Source of the DNA: Bigelowiella natans CCMP2755 | Taxonomy: Eukaryota > Protista > Cercozoa | Reading direction: 5' to 3' | NCBI GenBank assembly: GCA_000320545.1 | Contig: ADNK01001573.1 | Location: forward strand, 1-64,000 | Length of the DNA stretch: 64,000 nucleotides | Part shown: one piece after another, positions 39,526 through 63,069 of the stretch | Position numbering within the stretch: the stretch's first letter is position 1 | Layout: the number at the start of each line of letters is the position of its first letter | Position numbers and translations under genes: made by a program | The notes under the pieces: model-generated | Told to the model about the DNA's origin: nothing | Database searches by the model: none | Seen by the model: the letters and a program-made list of their open reading frames with translations, nothing else

Positions 39526-39787
39526 ACTGCTGTAACTCTCTTCCAAGTATGATAAGTTACATCGCTACGACTAATTCTATTCCCAACATCAATACTACTT
39601 CCACCACTCCTTTTTTCCACTTCATCATCATCATCATCATCATCACAATCATCATAATGTCCGTATTATTACCATTCCTGAAATGCACAATCCGCACGCA
39701 AATCCGATGGAGCAGGCAAGAGCAACACACCCAGCTAAGACTGATTGCTACAAATAACAGTGCAATCAGCATCGTTAGCAGCAGCAC

Positions 39788-39857
<70 letters not shown>

Positions 39858-40344
39858 TGTGTGCGTGTGTGTGTATTATGTATATAAAATCACTAATTAT
39901 TGACAACCCTATGCTAGAACGCTACTTCTGTGGTGTTATATGGTGCTTTAAATAATACAAGCAGCTTTTGTGTAAGACAAGGATGATCGCGTGGACGATG
40001 ATAACACCTTCTCCTCCTTTGCCATCTTCAACAAGCCAAAGACTGTGCATGTGCATCCCAAACCAATTGAGAGATAGTGGAGATCTGTACAATGAAGAAC
40101 ATAATACTGTAAGGTGTCACACCAGAACAACAATACAAAGAGGAGATGGCATAGAATCTGATGGAAAATAACAAATAAGCTTCTTCTATATGTCGTTGAG
40201 TTATATGCAATCATTTCTATTTTATCATCATTATTTTGACTAGAACTCTTCCGGAATAACTACAAGATTATATTACCAAATATCAGTTTTTAAAAATCTT
40301 TCTATTCCTTCTAACACTATTCTATTCTCTCACCAGCTACTACT

Positions 40345-40375
<31 letters not shown>

Positions 40376-41236
40376 CAGTAGTACCTCTTACATTAGAGAT
40401 AGAATCAACAGGATGCTCAGAAGGTTGCCATGCACTACGCATTATCGGCCATAAACTCGAGGCAATGAATACAGCTAATTGATTGTCACAACCACCAACG
40501 ATCAAGTAACACCGATCATAATTAATAGATGAATCCATCCAACAAGAACATATATTGCTATCTCAGCACTGATAAGAACAGTAGTTGTAGTTGTAGGAGT
40601 AGTAGTAGCAGTAGTAACTGCCCTTTCTCTCTCTTGTATAATATCTCTTCTCAATTCCCTGGAGGCTCATCGTATAACTAAGCAAAGTTTGACAAAAGGG
40701 GAGAGGCAGCAATGGAGATACCCGTGGAAAAAAACGTGCAAACAGCTGCAAGAGAGCGTTTCGAGCTGGATTAAAAAAAAAACCAGGTGATAATGCTGCT
40801 GCTTGTAATGATGATGATATAATGATGAAATAACAATGATAAGATGATTTTTTAATGATGTGCTTATGGTAGCAATGGTAATATCGAAAGAGTGAATTCG
40901 AGCAATCAGTCTTTACCGGCTGCTAAAGTAGTAGTGTTAGTAGTTGTAGTTGTTTCTTACGAATAAATGCATTTATTAAGCTGGTTTATTGTCTGATGAA
41001 TGTCGTCTCACAATCTTGCAAGGCCACATAGACCATGGCCAGATGTGCATCCACTTCCCAAAGTTGTGCCAAACCCTACTAGAAGACCTGGCAGCATCGT
41101 TACCATTCTTATTTATTTTTCTTATAATTAATAATAATGAAAACAATTTCCTATTTCATAATCTCTTTTCATATCTTAGAACCTCTCACCATCAGCAACA
41201 CCTTCACCAATATCATCGTCATCATCATCATCATCG

Positions 41237-41270
<34 letters not shown>

Positions 41271-42172
41271 TATCAAAACAACTACTACTCACCAGAGACC
41301 ACCATCAATCCAGTGTTGTATCCTCCTGTTTGTTGTTGCATAAGCAACCATTTACTAGTAAGCAACCATTTTATCATAGGGGAGGGAAATGTCATATGCA
41401 AGATGCCAATCATTCAGAATGACCGTCATCATCATCAGATTCTACCTTGTTCGAACCAGCCAGCTTCTGTGAAGCGCATAATGGCCCCTTTTGAATACAA
41501 AATCCTATATTAATATTCGCTTTGACTGCATGGAAATTTGTTCATTGAGATGTATTAGATACTCTTGTACTGAAACAACGATTGGAAGCAGCATTAATGT
41601 TTTCACTATAAGTACTACTATCATTTCTGCTGTACTTCCACAAACACTACTAGCGCTGATAAAATATCTAAAGGCAGCACTATTCGTAGTATCAAGCAAT
41701 AAACGATGTGCTTGCAGCACCTACCTCCACACAAAAGACCGCCGAAGAAGATCAGGTGCAAAGGGTCAGGTGAAGCCTAAACGAAGAGGGAAGGGAGGGG
41801 TGATTAAGGTGATATTTCATGTGCTCTTTCTTATTCTGATGATCGATTCACCATCTTCCAAAGAAGTGATCATAATACAAGAGGTAGTACCTGGAAGGTA
41901 GACTGCAACCATGCTTTTTTAAATGTCCCTGAAATGCCCGTCACTAAAAATAGCAACATTTATTGGGCTAAATTGACGAGATCGAGATCCAAGGCTAAAC
42001 AGAAGTTTTTGTTCTTACCTCTTCCAATCATCGCAAGGTAGAACGTGGTACTCAGTCCTGGAAATTATACATCTGGTTATAAAGTATGCAAATAGCCCCA
42101 TGTTAACGACACACCTAGGATTACTCCTCCAGCGGCCGCAAAGCCTAAAGCACGTTCATAATCGAGTCCCAT
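36890..42172 (-). CDS. YeeE/YedE-family (sulphur/thiosulfate transport) membrane protein, fused two-domain form, multi-exon
   Basis: [20 protein letters not shown]|[12 protein letters not shown]|VTGISG ... [25 protein letters not shown] (about 41012-41087) | [12 protein letters not shown] ... [10 protein letters not shown]|[10 protein letters not shown] ... [13 protein letters not shown] ... [16 protein letters not shown]. These are the family's signature motifs. The 3' end is approximate. Confidence 0.92.
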
Positions 42173-42649
42173 GATGTGATGATAATGATTTTCGTGCGTC
42201 CCGAGGAGCAGCTACCAATGGGCGGTATGTGGATCTGACAACACTACGATTTAGGCCTGCGACAACACATCACAGTTGTCTTTCCATGGATTTGTACTGC
42301 CTAAATACAGGAATAATCGATTTACCGACCATTTCAGGACGTTACTGCACGCTACGAATCTCGTGTAGATCTAGGACTACTGTTTGCGGTTCTCTGCCGA
42401 TGTAATAATTTTATTAGGTAAATCTTCCACATTTAGCTTCTTTGGACAGATGTAGGACATTTTCAGTGTTTGAATCCGTTACATGCTTGTCGTACTATAC
42501 TACCTCGGACATCGCATGTTGTTGAGAAGAAGGAAGTAGTCGGAAAGAAGTCTCGGGAAGTGCGATGCGATAACAACATCGCGATCTTCCCTCCAAAATC
42601 CATACATCTACCCTACCCCACCCACCCCCTCTAGGACCAAGAACCTACG

Positions 42650-43345
42650 ATGAGATTAGACTTGGATCAACTGCAGCATCTTATTACCATTATAACTATG
42701 TCATCAAAAAAATTAGCAGAGCGCAGCTGCAGCAGTAGAGATTTAACAAGACGTCGACGTGCCATAAGAAGAAGGCTAGGTAGGGGTGATTGGAGTCCGA
42801 GCTACAAGCCAAAAAGACGGCCACTCCATCGCGAGCTCGATATTATGAATATGGATGAACAGCCAAGTTGTTCCAGGTGGAGTAAAGCGAGAAAGTGCTC
42901 ATTGAGGTTTTCAGTTGGCGACACTGTCTGGTGTAGATTTGAAGATGAATGGTGTAAGGCAGAGGTTGTTGCCTACGATTGGCGAGGTAAAGATTGGGAA
43001 GAAGGAAAGGTTGCAGCATATCAGCTGCGGATGTTAGAAGTGAGTCTGGAAGAGTGTCTGATATATGCGCCTGAAGACAACGACAACTATGTAAGAGCTG
43101 AACCTCCTAGCAAGTACACACCTAAAGAGAAAATAAGATTCGAGATTGGAGCTCGAGTTCAATGTAAAGTTGGGGAGAATTGGGTTAATGGGATTGTTCT
43201 AGAACATAACTACAGGGAGGTAGACTGGGATCCTGATGAATATTCTCCATACCAAGTACAGATTATCGACAAGAACGATCGCAGAAAGATTTATGTGCCT
43301 GTAGACTCTGATATTCTGATTCGAAGAAGCAAATACACGAAATAA
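42650..43345 (+). CDS. Intronless protein with two tandem SH3/Tudor-like beta-barrel repeats
   Basis: 231-aa non-repetitive ORF. Repeat 1 LRFSVGDTVWC..WCKAEVV..W..AYQL..IYAPEDNDNYVR and repeat 2 IRFEIGARVQC..WVNGIVL..YR..W..PYQV..IYVPVDSDILIR. The true start may be at 42698. Confidence 0.85.
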   Translation: MRLDLDQLQHLITIITMSSKKLAERSCSSRDLTRRRRAIRRRLGRGDWSPSYKPKRRPLHRELDIMNMDEQPSCSRWSKARKCSLRFSVGDTVWCRFEDEWCKAEVVAYDWRGKDWEEGKVAAYQLRMLEVSLEECLIYAPEDNDNYVRAEPPSKYTPKEKIRFEIGARVQCKVGENWVNGIVLEHNYREVDWDPDEYSPYQVQIIDKNDRRKIYVPVDSDILIRRSKYTK

Positions 43346-44008
43346 TTTAAGGCCAATTCTGTCATCGTCCGAATCTAATTTTATAAACGTTATTCTTCAT
43401 TATAGCATCACGTCGGCATTTTGTGCAGGAGCATGTAATAGCACTTATCATTGTCACTACCATTGCATAACTGCATGGGCATCTTTTTGATGATGCAACG
43501 TTACTTTTGCTTTAAATGAATCCATGCAACTGTAGCATGCGCACAGCGCTGCGATGCTTTCAACGTGGTGCATGTCTAGATGTGCTTACACAGCATGTGC
43601 GCTACATTCACAACTAGCTAGCTAGATGATGTGGGTACACGACGCACAAGTACACTTCAATGTAATCGTATGTCGATCCCTCTAGCCTTATACTCTGCGA
43701 TGCATGCTGTAGCTCAATTAGAGGTCGACGAAGTACGTCCTACTAAATGGGCTGCCATGATGGTGCCTGCTAGCCTGCTCACATGCTAATTACTATGTCT
43801 ATTATGCTAGCATGCTAGCATGTCTAGATGTGTCAAATTGTCATTCAACGAATAAAATTTACTTATTTCGAATGCTAATGCTACTGCTACATGTTACTTG
43901 AGGATGACCATTGAACAAATTTAATTTGATTCTTTACATCCGTCTTACATGTTACTTATGATTGCTCTGTCCAAAACCAATGAACTGCTTATTTATTAGT
44001 TATTATTG

Positions 44009-54388
<10,380 letters not shown>

Positions 54389-54712
54389 GGTAGGTATAAG
54401 CGGGATACCGAAGTTTATTGCAGGTTTTATGACACAGGGGGGGTTAGGAGACAAGGAGACTATTGTTGTTCTTGTCGTTGTTTCTGAACGCCAATCATAT
54501 AGTTGTCGTAAGGATAAAATCCCAAGATATTTTGCCAAAAATGACAAACTTAAAAAATGTCAGGACACGTGGCACCTTTGCATTTTACGAGAACTGGTTC
54601 GCTTGACAACATGGTTACGAGGGAGCATCCACATGCATCATTGTGCATGGAGTAGAGAATGATGATGGTTTTGAGGAGGACAAAAACACATCCATATAGG
54701 AAAACACCAAGC

Positions 54713-54734
54713 AAAAAATCCAAAAAGTTAAAAA
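54713..54734 (-). terminator. Pol III oligo-T terminator of the 5S gene
   Basis: Three T5-T6 runs (TTTTTAACTTTTTGGATTTTTT) lie immediately 3' of the 5S gene. Confidence 0.8.
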
Positions 54735-54736
54735 TT

Positions 54737-54855
54737 GGATACAACAACGCCGTGTTCCCGCGTGGTCCCCCACCGCAGTACTAACGAGTCCCAACGACGC
54801 TTAATTTCCGAGTTCGGCAGGGATCGGGTGTATTAGTCGTGGTATGGTCGTATCC
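54737..54855 (-). rRNA. 5S rRNA: 5S ribosomal RNA
   Basis: 119 nt, GGATACGACCATACCACG..CACCCGATCCC..CGAACTCGGAAATTAAGC..GTTAGTACT..GTGGGGGACCACGCGGGAA..GTTGTATCC. The 5' and 3' ends pair (helix I). Confidence 0.97.
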
Positions 54856-55075
54856 ACACATAAAGGCTCTCATTTGCTACCTGAATTGTCCAAAATTTTT
54901 ATCAGACTTTGTTGTCTTAACTTGTCTTAACTTTGAAAAAAGGGCAACAACAACAACAACAATAACAACAACAACAATAACAACAACAACAACAATAATA
55001 ACAACGACGACGACGACGTCGACTTCCTCCCCACACCCAACCCTTTACCACCTTGGCCATTAGGCTGTAGATGGA

Positions 55076-56460
55076 ATGGCATCACGTTTTGTTACTTTGA
55101 GGATTCCTCGTAGAGTTTTCCATAGTATTCTGATGCTCCTCTCTGGTTAGTTCACCCCTTCTACTACTACTCCGCCTTTCCCATCTGTACATTCTGCATT
55201 CGTGGTGACTGTTTTGAGCAATGTTTGTAGGCACATCCGTGATAACCATGGCATCAATTCTTCTTCTAACGTTCATTTCTCTCGGAAGTATTTCTACTTT
55301 AAGATCAATCCAGACTATGGGGAGGATAGAGTCTAATGTACGTCATCACAAGCTACAGGCTGGAATTGTCTCTTCACGGAGAGCTGCGATCTACGGCGGT
55401 GGAACAGCAGCTGCACTTTCTCTTCTCGGAGCAAAGCCTGTAACAAAATATCAAAAATTATGACAATAAGTTGCATAGTTATTGTGAATCTAACTTGATA
55501 GGGTTCGGCAGCTGTTAATGGCATAGCTGAAGCCAGATTAGAAAAAGCACTTTTTCAATTACGCAGACTTGAAAATCCGATCTCCAATAGGCGCTATCGG
55601 TAATGACACTCTTTCATTCGTTGGTATGGTATACATGCGTGATAAAGAAATAAAGTACTTCTTAACATTACACGGCAAACCTATGGTCTTAAATTGAGTA
55701 CACCATCAACAGAAAGATTAAATTTTCTAGAATAGCGAATAAAATGCTAATTTAAAACAGGGAAGCGAGAGAAGAGCTACGTGAAGGATCGCTTTCACAT
55801 CTTCGAGAGGATGTTAGGGAGGCTATGGTTGACTAGAATACTATTAGACTACTTAAATATGGAAGCATCATCCATCCCAAAAATCTCTAACAAAGGCGAA
55901 ACATAAACAACGATACCGTCGACGCTGAAGACAACAATTAACAAAATTGTCATGCTGATTTGTAGAGAGTAGTTCTATACTGCAATACAACGCTGAACAA
56001 ATTTCTTGTTCGATCAAACAAAGTACAATATCAGACACTATATTCCCTAGAATTGCAAGAAAATGAATAATAGCTTTATACCAAAGATGGTGTGTACTTA
56101 ATGTGCCTGGTGGCTATCAGGCTCGACATCCCGTCCGACAAGAAGACGCCAAGGCTGCCATAAATTCGCTTTTATTGTTAGATAATGCTCTACGAAAGGC
56201 AGAGGTAAGGATAAAAAAAACAATTCCATTTTCCGAGTGATGAGAATTCATGATAGGAACTGTCGAACTACTTGTCTAGTGGCAACAAAGCCTTTAATTT
56301 GACTGTCTTTGTCATCTTGCGTGTGGTGTTAGAGAGGTAATAACGTAGCGCTCTTTCCTTCTCTGATTGAGGCTATAGACCAGCTTTCGGTCGTCGTTAG
56401 TACACTCGAAAAGGAGGGCAGTCTCTATGGTGGAGATTTTACGAACCCCCCACCTTTTAA
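55076..56460 (+). CDS. Plastid-targeted, probably thylakoid-lumen (Tat) protein with PsbQ-like helical region, multi-exon
   Basis: Signal segment (MASILLLTFISLG), a transit-like stretch, and twin-Arg SSRRAAIYGGGTAAALSLLGAKP. Mature exons: RLEKALFQLRRLENPISNRRY / EAREELREGSLSHLRED / AKAAINSLLLLDNALRKAE / LIEAIDQLSVVV..PPPF*. PsbQ likeness is judged by eye only. Confidence 0.65.
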
Positions 56461-57760
56461 GAAAAGGTATACCTTTTGAGGCGTAGTACCTCCCAAACGT
56501 CAGTAAGCGTGTTTACCGTCACACGCTACGCATGCCATATTAATGTTGCCACACTTTAATCTATATACGTTGCGTGGCCAAGCTACGCTAGTCCAGAAAC
56601 TGAATAGAGCGGCACGCGTTAGGTTATTATTGCATTATTATGGCGCAGCATCGCATTCTGCATTGGCTGCGCTTGTGTACAACGTGAGCTTCTCCTGTAG
56701 TTCTGAGTCAATCATCCCGCTAAGGTGATATAGCTATGCATACACCACAGCACATAGTCAGCCGTCAGGCATTGCATTAGCATGGACGTGGCGACGGCAT
56801 GTCTAGACACGTGAAATGCAAATATCCGCAGCAGTATGTACGCGCGGCAGTGATTGTGCAGCGCTAGACGGGTGTATGCAATAATGAGCGAAATGATACG
56901 ATTAATAAATATTTTCACCTACGTACATGCTGCTCAATCCTGGCTGCTACTAGCTAGGCTGCGCTAAACTAGCTAGCTAGCGTAAGGCATAGCCATGCAT
57001 GCAACACATAAAATTTGCTTATATGCTCTACATAGTGCTGCGGCTGCGCCAGGGATATAATTCCAAGTAAGGGTGCAAATGGGTGTACAAGCTTGCACTG
57101 CTGATCGAAGCGCTAATAACACTTGCACCCTCGCGCGCGCGAATGATGATGACACTTGGATGCACCCTGCTCGCGCGAACTATAGCGCACAGCGAACAAT
57201 ATACACTGCATTTTGCTTTGCATGGTTTTGTTTGCTCTTGCACCCCGCCCCTGCGAGTCTCTAATTTTTATATTTTTACAATCTCAAATCTCCGCTAGAA
57301 CAATCCCTGGACTGGGCAGTCCTTGCGGTGTCTTTTGTGACACTTAGCTTTGCAAACATGTGTTTTCTGCAGCAATGTCTGCTAACTCGGTCGATCATGG
57401 CGCAGGCACAATAATAGACATAGGCCACTCTAGCACTGCGCCGTGCGCATTGATTGTCGATCAATATGTCTTTAGGGGGATAGTAAGTGCTATGTGCGCA
57501 TTTCGCATACAAGAGATTCTTAACGGCAATCATAACTTTTTCAGCATACTTTCAGAATTTTGCGGTACTCGTTCAGTGTCATGATCCATTTAATTTCAGT
57601 GGTTGTCACTGCAAAATGCAAATTTGGGGCACACTACTTGAAGTACATCAAGACGCGTAGGATACACATTACGAGTCATCGGTTGCTCGGATATATGTGA
57701 TCCTTCACTTTCTTCGGACCAATCAGAACGACATAACTACTATTTGAAGGAACTGCAAGC

Positions 57761-58352
57761 TTAAACCTTTTCATCTGCATCAAACTGTCTCCTCTCAGCC
57801 CTGATGGTTTCCTCTCGAATGAGGTGTTTTTGGTGACCGAGATAGATGACCACTCCCATAGCGATGACGAAGACCATGAATACAGCGAAGTATCTGTGAA
57901 AATTATGTTAATTTTAATTGACGAATACGGAGAAAATATATTCAGGCAAGATATAAGATGTGGTTATTACCCCCACAGGACCCCGGTTCCAAAGTTAACA
58001 GCGAAGTTGAGGAGAATTGCGAAAAAAACCGTGTCGAAAGAGTATAGCACGAAAAAGAAAAGTAATAGCCATCCTACATTGACAAAAGAAATAGAGTTTA
58101 AGTCTTTGGCTATGAAAGGTGGGCAGAAGTAAAGAAAAAATGCCTTGTAGGTTTAGGGGGGAAATTGTACGTACCCCATGCGGTGCAATTCATTCCACAG
58201 TAAAGATCTTCTTCGCCTTCCTTGTGGTAGCAAAAGACTTGAGTATCAGCCCAACAGATAGCAGTTTTCTCTGAGCAGGACAGTTGCTCTTCCTCCTCCT
58301 CGTGAGCCTCAGCAAGAGTCTTTTGTTTCTTCCCTTCTTTTACATCACTCAT
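57761..58352 (-). CDS. Small 2-TM membrane protein, 3 exons
   Basis: MSDVKEGKK..VFCYHKEGEEDLYCGMNCTAW G|WLLLFFFVLYSFDTVFFAILLNFAVNFGTGVLWG|YFAVFMVFVIAMGVVIYLGHQKHLIREETIRAERRQFDADEKV*. Both GT-AG introns keep the frame. Confidence 0.8.
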
Positions 58353-59348
58353 TTTTAATCTAAAAATAACACAGTTTGATGAGTAATTCTACCATTTTAT
58401 TAAAGTTCTGAGTTTAGAAAAGAATATATATGGGAAAAAATGTACATGTATATATTTTCAAGTTCTGAGTTTAGAAAAGAATATAGACTAATATATAAAT
58501 ACATATAATATATATATATATTTATATATATATGGGAGATTTCATTTTACTCTTCAAAATGAATGTTCGCCATAGTTAAAGATGCCACATCTGACCCTCA
58601 GAAAGTGGATAACTATTTTATTACGAATTCTATGTCCTCTATATCCCTTAGGATTTCACCAGAAATAGGATTTTGTTTTATTTTATTGCAAGCAAGGGGG
58701 GGAAAGCAACCTGGGTAAGGGTGTACGCTTACTACGTTTTCAGTTGCGCCTAGATTTCAGACTTACGCTAAGATTGACAAATTTTCGATTTTCTCTAATT
58801 TCATCAATGCGACAACTATTTATAATGGTCGCTATGACATAATCTCATGAAATTGAACTGAGATTGTAGCTTGTCGTCTATGGATGCAAACGGGATCTGA
58901 TTGACCTTGTTTCTGGAATTGGGTAGAGATGAGGGAGATATGTTGAAAAGAGGGCCAAATTGGCCTGTTTTTCTCTTCTGTTACAAAATTCTCTTTCTCG
59001 GGGCGAAATAAGTACAAATGTACATTTACCGGGGAAAACGGCTTGTCAGAGAGATATTTGATGCGTTTCTCCCTCTCCTGATATATTGTGCGTTCCTTTA
59101 ACATACTACGACATAGAAGTATTACTGTCGTATCTAAGTATCATTCTTACAAATCATGTGCCCGGAGAATTTGAAAATGATTGTCGCAAGAGCTGTACAG
59201 AGGGGGTTTAAATGTGAAATAGTGATGATGGTACATGTGAACACAGACCACGTGTCCTCTGTTACTACATCACGTACTTCATTATATTCATTGCCACCAC
59301 CAACCAGCTACTACTCCTACTGCTACTACTACTCGTAGTAGGGACACA

Positions 59349-59700
59349 ATGCAGGACCATACGATGTCAACTACGAAGTTGTCCTTCCTTGAGAACCTCG
59401 TTGTGGTAGATCGATACAGATACCATCCAAGAATTGATAAATGATACTAACAATCACTATGTGCTGCTGGTATATCAGTTTGTCTTCTTCGGAAGTCATA
59501 TCTTCTTCAACTGGATTTTTGTTGCTATAGCACTATACGCTTTGCTTCCAACGTGGATCTTTATTCTTCTTGGCATCTCCTACTTTGTCAATATGTTGAT
59601 GAGTAAGGCACACCTGAAAGGTCTGCTGTGTTCCCTTTCCCTCCCTTCCCCTCCCCCTTCCCCCTTCTCTTTCTTTCTTTCTTTCTTTCTTTCTCTTTCT

Positions 59701-59767
<67 letters not shown>

Positions 59768-60232
59768 CGTCATTCCCTTACAATATTATCACTACACACT
59801 AAAAGGAAATCCTACCAGATGGAAGGCAATCTGTGACTCAATCTTAACAAATGCCCCTCTGAAATATTTTGATACGGTGCTGTCATCACAGAAATCATCA
59901 CCATCCTTCATCTTTGTTATGTAATCAACACAATACGCTATTAACCAACTTACTGGTAATAATAAGAATACATGTGTGTGATAGTTGCCTTGCTTTCTTC
60001 CCTTTTTTCCTTCTCTTATGAGTGTAACAATGATGATGTTTACCATGATGTTGTTTTCAGAAAGTACTCTTTAGCAATGGTATGAACTTGGATAGAAAGA
60101 AGCATTATATCTTTGGTATACATCCGCATGGAATCTTTGGGTAAGTAGTAGTAGCAAGGGAATGCTGTTGTAGTGGGGGAAAGAAAAAGCTACCAACCAA
60201 TCTTGGTGATGCTAATACTGAATAAAAAGACA

Positions 60233-60266
<34 letters not shown>

Positions 60267-60348
60267 GGATGATGGTGATGCTCTTACAACAATGAGAAAA
60301 GAAAGATATTCTATATTTTCGTTCTGATTTTCTGATATACTTCTACTG

Positions 60349-60382
<34 letters not shown>

Positions 60383-60982
60383 CACTACCACTACCACTAC
60401 CACAGTTTTGGAGGACTTTCAATCTATGCATCAACATCTGAGCTGCTCCGTCGTTTTCCTTGGCTTGACATTTATATTTGTGTCGCGACAGTAATGTTCA
60501 GGATCCCTATTTTGAGAGAGTAAGGAAGTGTTATTCATTCATGACAACAACAACAACAACAACCGTAACTACTACTTCTACTACCTTTTATGAGAATCAC
60601 ACTAAAATACACTCCTCCTCCTCCTCCTCCTCCTCCTCCTCCTCCTCCTCTTCGCAGAACTCGAAGACCCTAATGTAACGATCTTCTTCCATCAGATATT
60701 TTCTCTTGACCGGCCATGTTGATGCTTCCCGGAAAAATGTATGATGACAAGGAAGAAAAAAAAGAAGGAGGAGGAGAGGGGGGCTTACGAAACAGAATAA
60801 AAGGGGAAGAATATTAATATTTAAAGGAAAATTAAATTGATCTAGTAATTGTCTCGAGCAAAAACAATAAGATAAGGAGTAAGCTAATTATGTGCTGCTC
60901 AACAATGTGCATGGATATATTCGCATGGAAGTACATGTCATTGCACACAAACGACTTTTAATTGCATGCTGTATGTAATACT

Positions 60983-61015
<33 letters not shown>

Positions 61016-61746
61016 GAGTTATTTTACATAGGTCTATTGTATGATATGCAGGTAAACAGGCTATTAGCTAACCGGAGAACAATTGCCATCGTCATTGGAG
61101 GGGAGGCTGAAGGTGGTCCAGTTATGATATTATAATGATCCTTTATCATCTCAGTGAGTCAGTCAACAACTCACACAGTTTACACCCCTCAGACGCATTT
61201 TGAGGGGAGGAATATCTATGCGAAATATAACACTGCAAATGTATAAGTTGTTTATTTGTGTATTCTGTTCCTAAACTGCCAGTGTTGCAAACTGAGAATT
61301 CGAAAGAAAAAGTGGTGATACTTGGGCGATATGGGTAGAGCATATTCATCTACACTTGCTGCTGCTGCTGCTGCTGTTGTTGACACATCAACATCATCAT
61401 CATCATCATCATCATCATCACGATAATGGCGAACAATGATAATGATGAAGCTTCATGAAAGACAAGAATGTTGAACAATATATCAAAGATTATTAGCTCT
61501 TAAAGAAGATATTATATGTGGTTAGAAGACAATTGTGCCTTGATTGTACGTGTTCCCCTTCCTCCTAATAATAATCTGTGTCTGCGCCAACACCAACAAT
61601 AACCATAACAACGACAACAACAACAACAATAATGACAACCTTTGCTGGTCCTCCCCCCCTCCCTCCTTCCCTCCCTCATCAGCTTTGTAGAAATGGCATT
61701 CAAGCATGGGGCTAGCTTAGGTTTGTTCACCACTCAACCATATCTA

Positions 61747-61792
<46 letters not shown>

Positions 61793-63069
61793 ATCGAGCT
61801 GTTGTCTCTTCCTGTGAGCTTATAAACTAAATAGCAACGTACTTATGTACTTACGCTACAATCATCACCACAGTGCCTACATACTCATTTGGTGTAAACG
61901 ACACTTTCACCATCGATAAGACATCCGGTAATATGTTTGTGAGTGTGTGTTTTTGTTTGCGTTTAATCTCTCAATTATAATATTGTTTGGGTGTGAATAA
62001 ATTGGTGCTAATGATGTCGTTTACGTCTCTCACACACCACTAAACAATCATATAGAAAGACAATTTTCATCTCGTGGCCTCCATTTGCTTCTTTGTCTCA
62101 ATGATCACAACATTTCACTGATCGTTGTAGCGTGCCTTGAAACATTTAGCCAAATCCACATCGCAAATAACAAGAATTAGTTTTTCATCTCGTATCTTCT
62201 TAAATCATTCATTGCATAATACGATCACATCATATTCCAGTCGTCACTAATAATATGCGACGTATCATCATGCACACATCAAACGACAATCGTGTCACAG
62301 GTTTTTGGATTCGAAACAAAATCCAAAGGATGTTTAAGTTAGCCATTCCAATATTCTGGGGGCGGTGGGGTACTTCCATGCCGCATAAGAAACAAGTTTA
62401 CTTCGCAGTTGGCAAACCAATTGATGTACGATTGATGACTAACACCGCCATCACCAATAACTTCTAATCAAATCAAGCTCTAGTTTTTATGCTAGTATCA
62501 CTATGATCTGAATGGGGTTTTTAGTCAATCTTCCTCGTCTGCTAACAAAATAACAATAATGATGATGTTTGATAGTAATAACTCGAATTTATGTCCGTTT
62601 GTTGTTCTTCGTTTGATGTTGTACACTGTTGTTTCTGTCTATCTTGGTTGCAAAGATCCCACCTGGAAAAGGTTTGGACGGAGATGGTAATCCGGACCCT
62701 CAGTTTGTTGCTGAAATTCACAAAAAGTACGTGAGTGAGAGAAGCAAGGGAGAGTTGAGGAGTAGATGTTCTAAGAATTGATGCAGTAAGTAGTTGTCAG
62801 TGGGTAGAAGAAGGAGTGGTAACATGTATGTGAAAGAAACTATCATCCACAAAGACCGTTTTTATCCTCCTTCTTCTTCTCTTTCCTCCTTCTTCTTCTC
62901 TTTCTTCCTCATCTTCATACACACTTTTACTATTCATCATCATCATCATCATAAAAACTCTACCGGTATCTGTAGGTATATTGAGGCGCTGAAGGACCTT
63001 TTTGAAGAGCACAAAGCAGCTGCAGGCTATCCTGATAGGTCGATCATCCTTGTTTGTTTTGGCTACTAA
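59349..63069 (+). CDS. DGAT2: Diacylglycerol/monoacylglycerol O-acyltransferase type 2 (DAGAT family), multi-exon
   Basis: LKYF; HYIFGIHPHGIFG (HPHG at 60121-60132); VMFRIPILRE; IAIVIGGEAE; GRYG|FVEMAFKHGASL|VPTYSFGVND; IPIFWGRWGTSMPH..VGKPI; YIEALKDLFEEHKAAAGY. The start is uncertain. Confidence 0.94.

Noticed and set aside
54550-54650. Possible box C/D snoRNA or spliced-leader RNA downstream of the 5S gene (minus strand ATGATGC...CTGA then T6)
   Set aside because: Box C is imperfect, and no terminal stem, guide or Sm site was recognised. It would need an Infernal/Rfam search.
57824-58132. 102-aa plus-strand ORF
   Set aside because: It is antisense to a cleanly spliced minus-strand membrane-protein gene.
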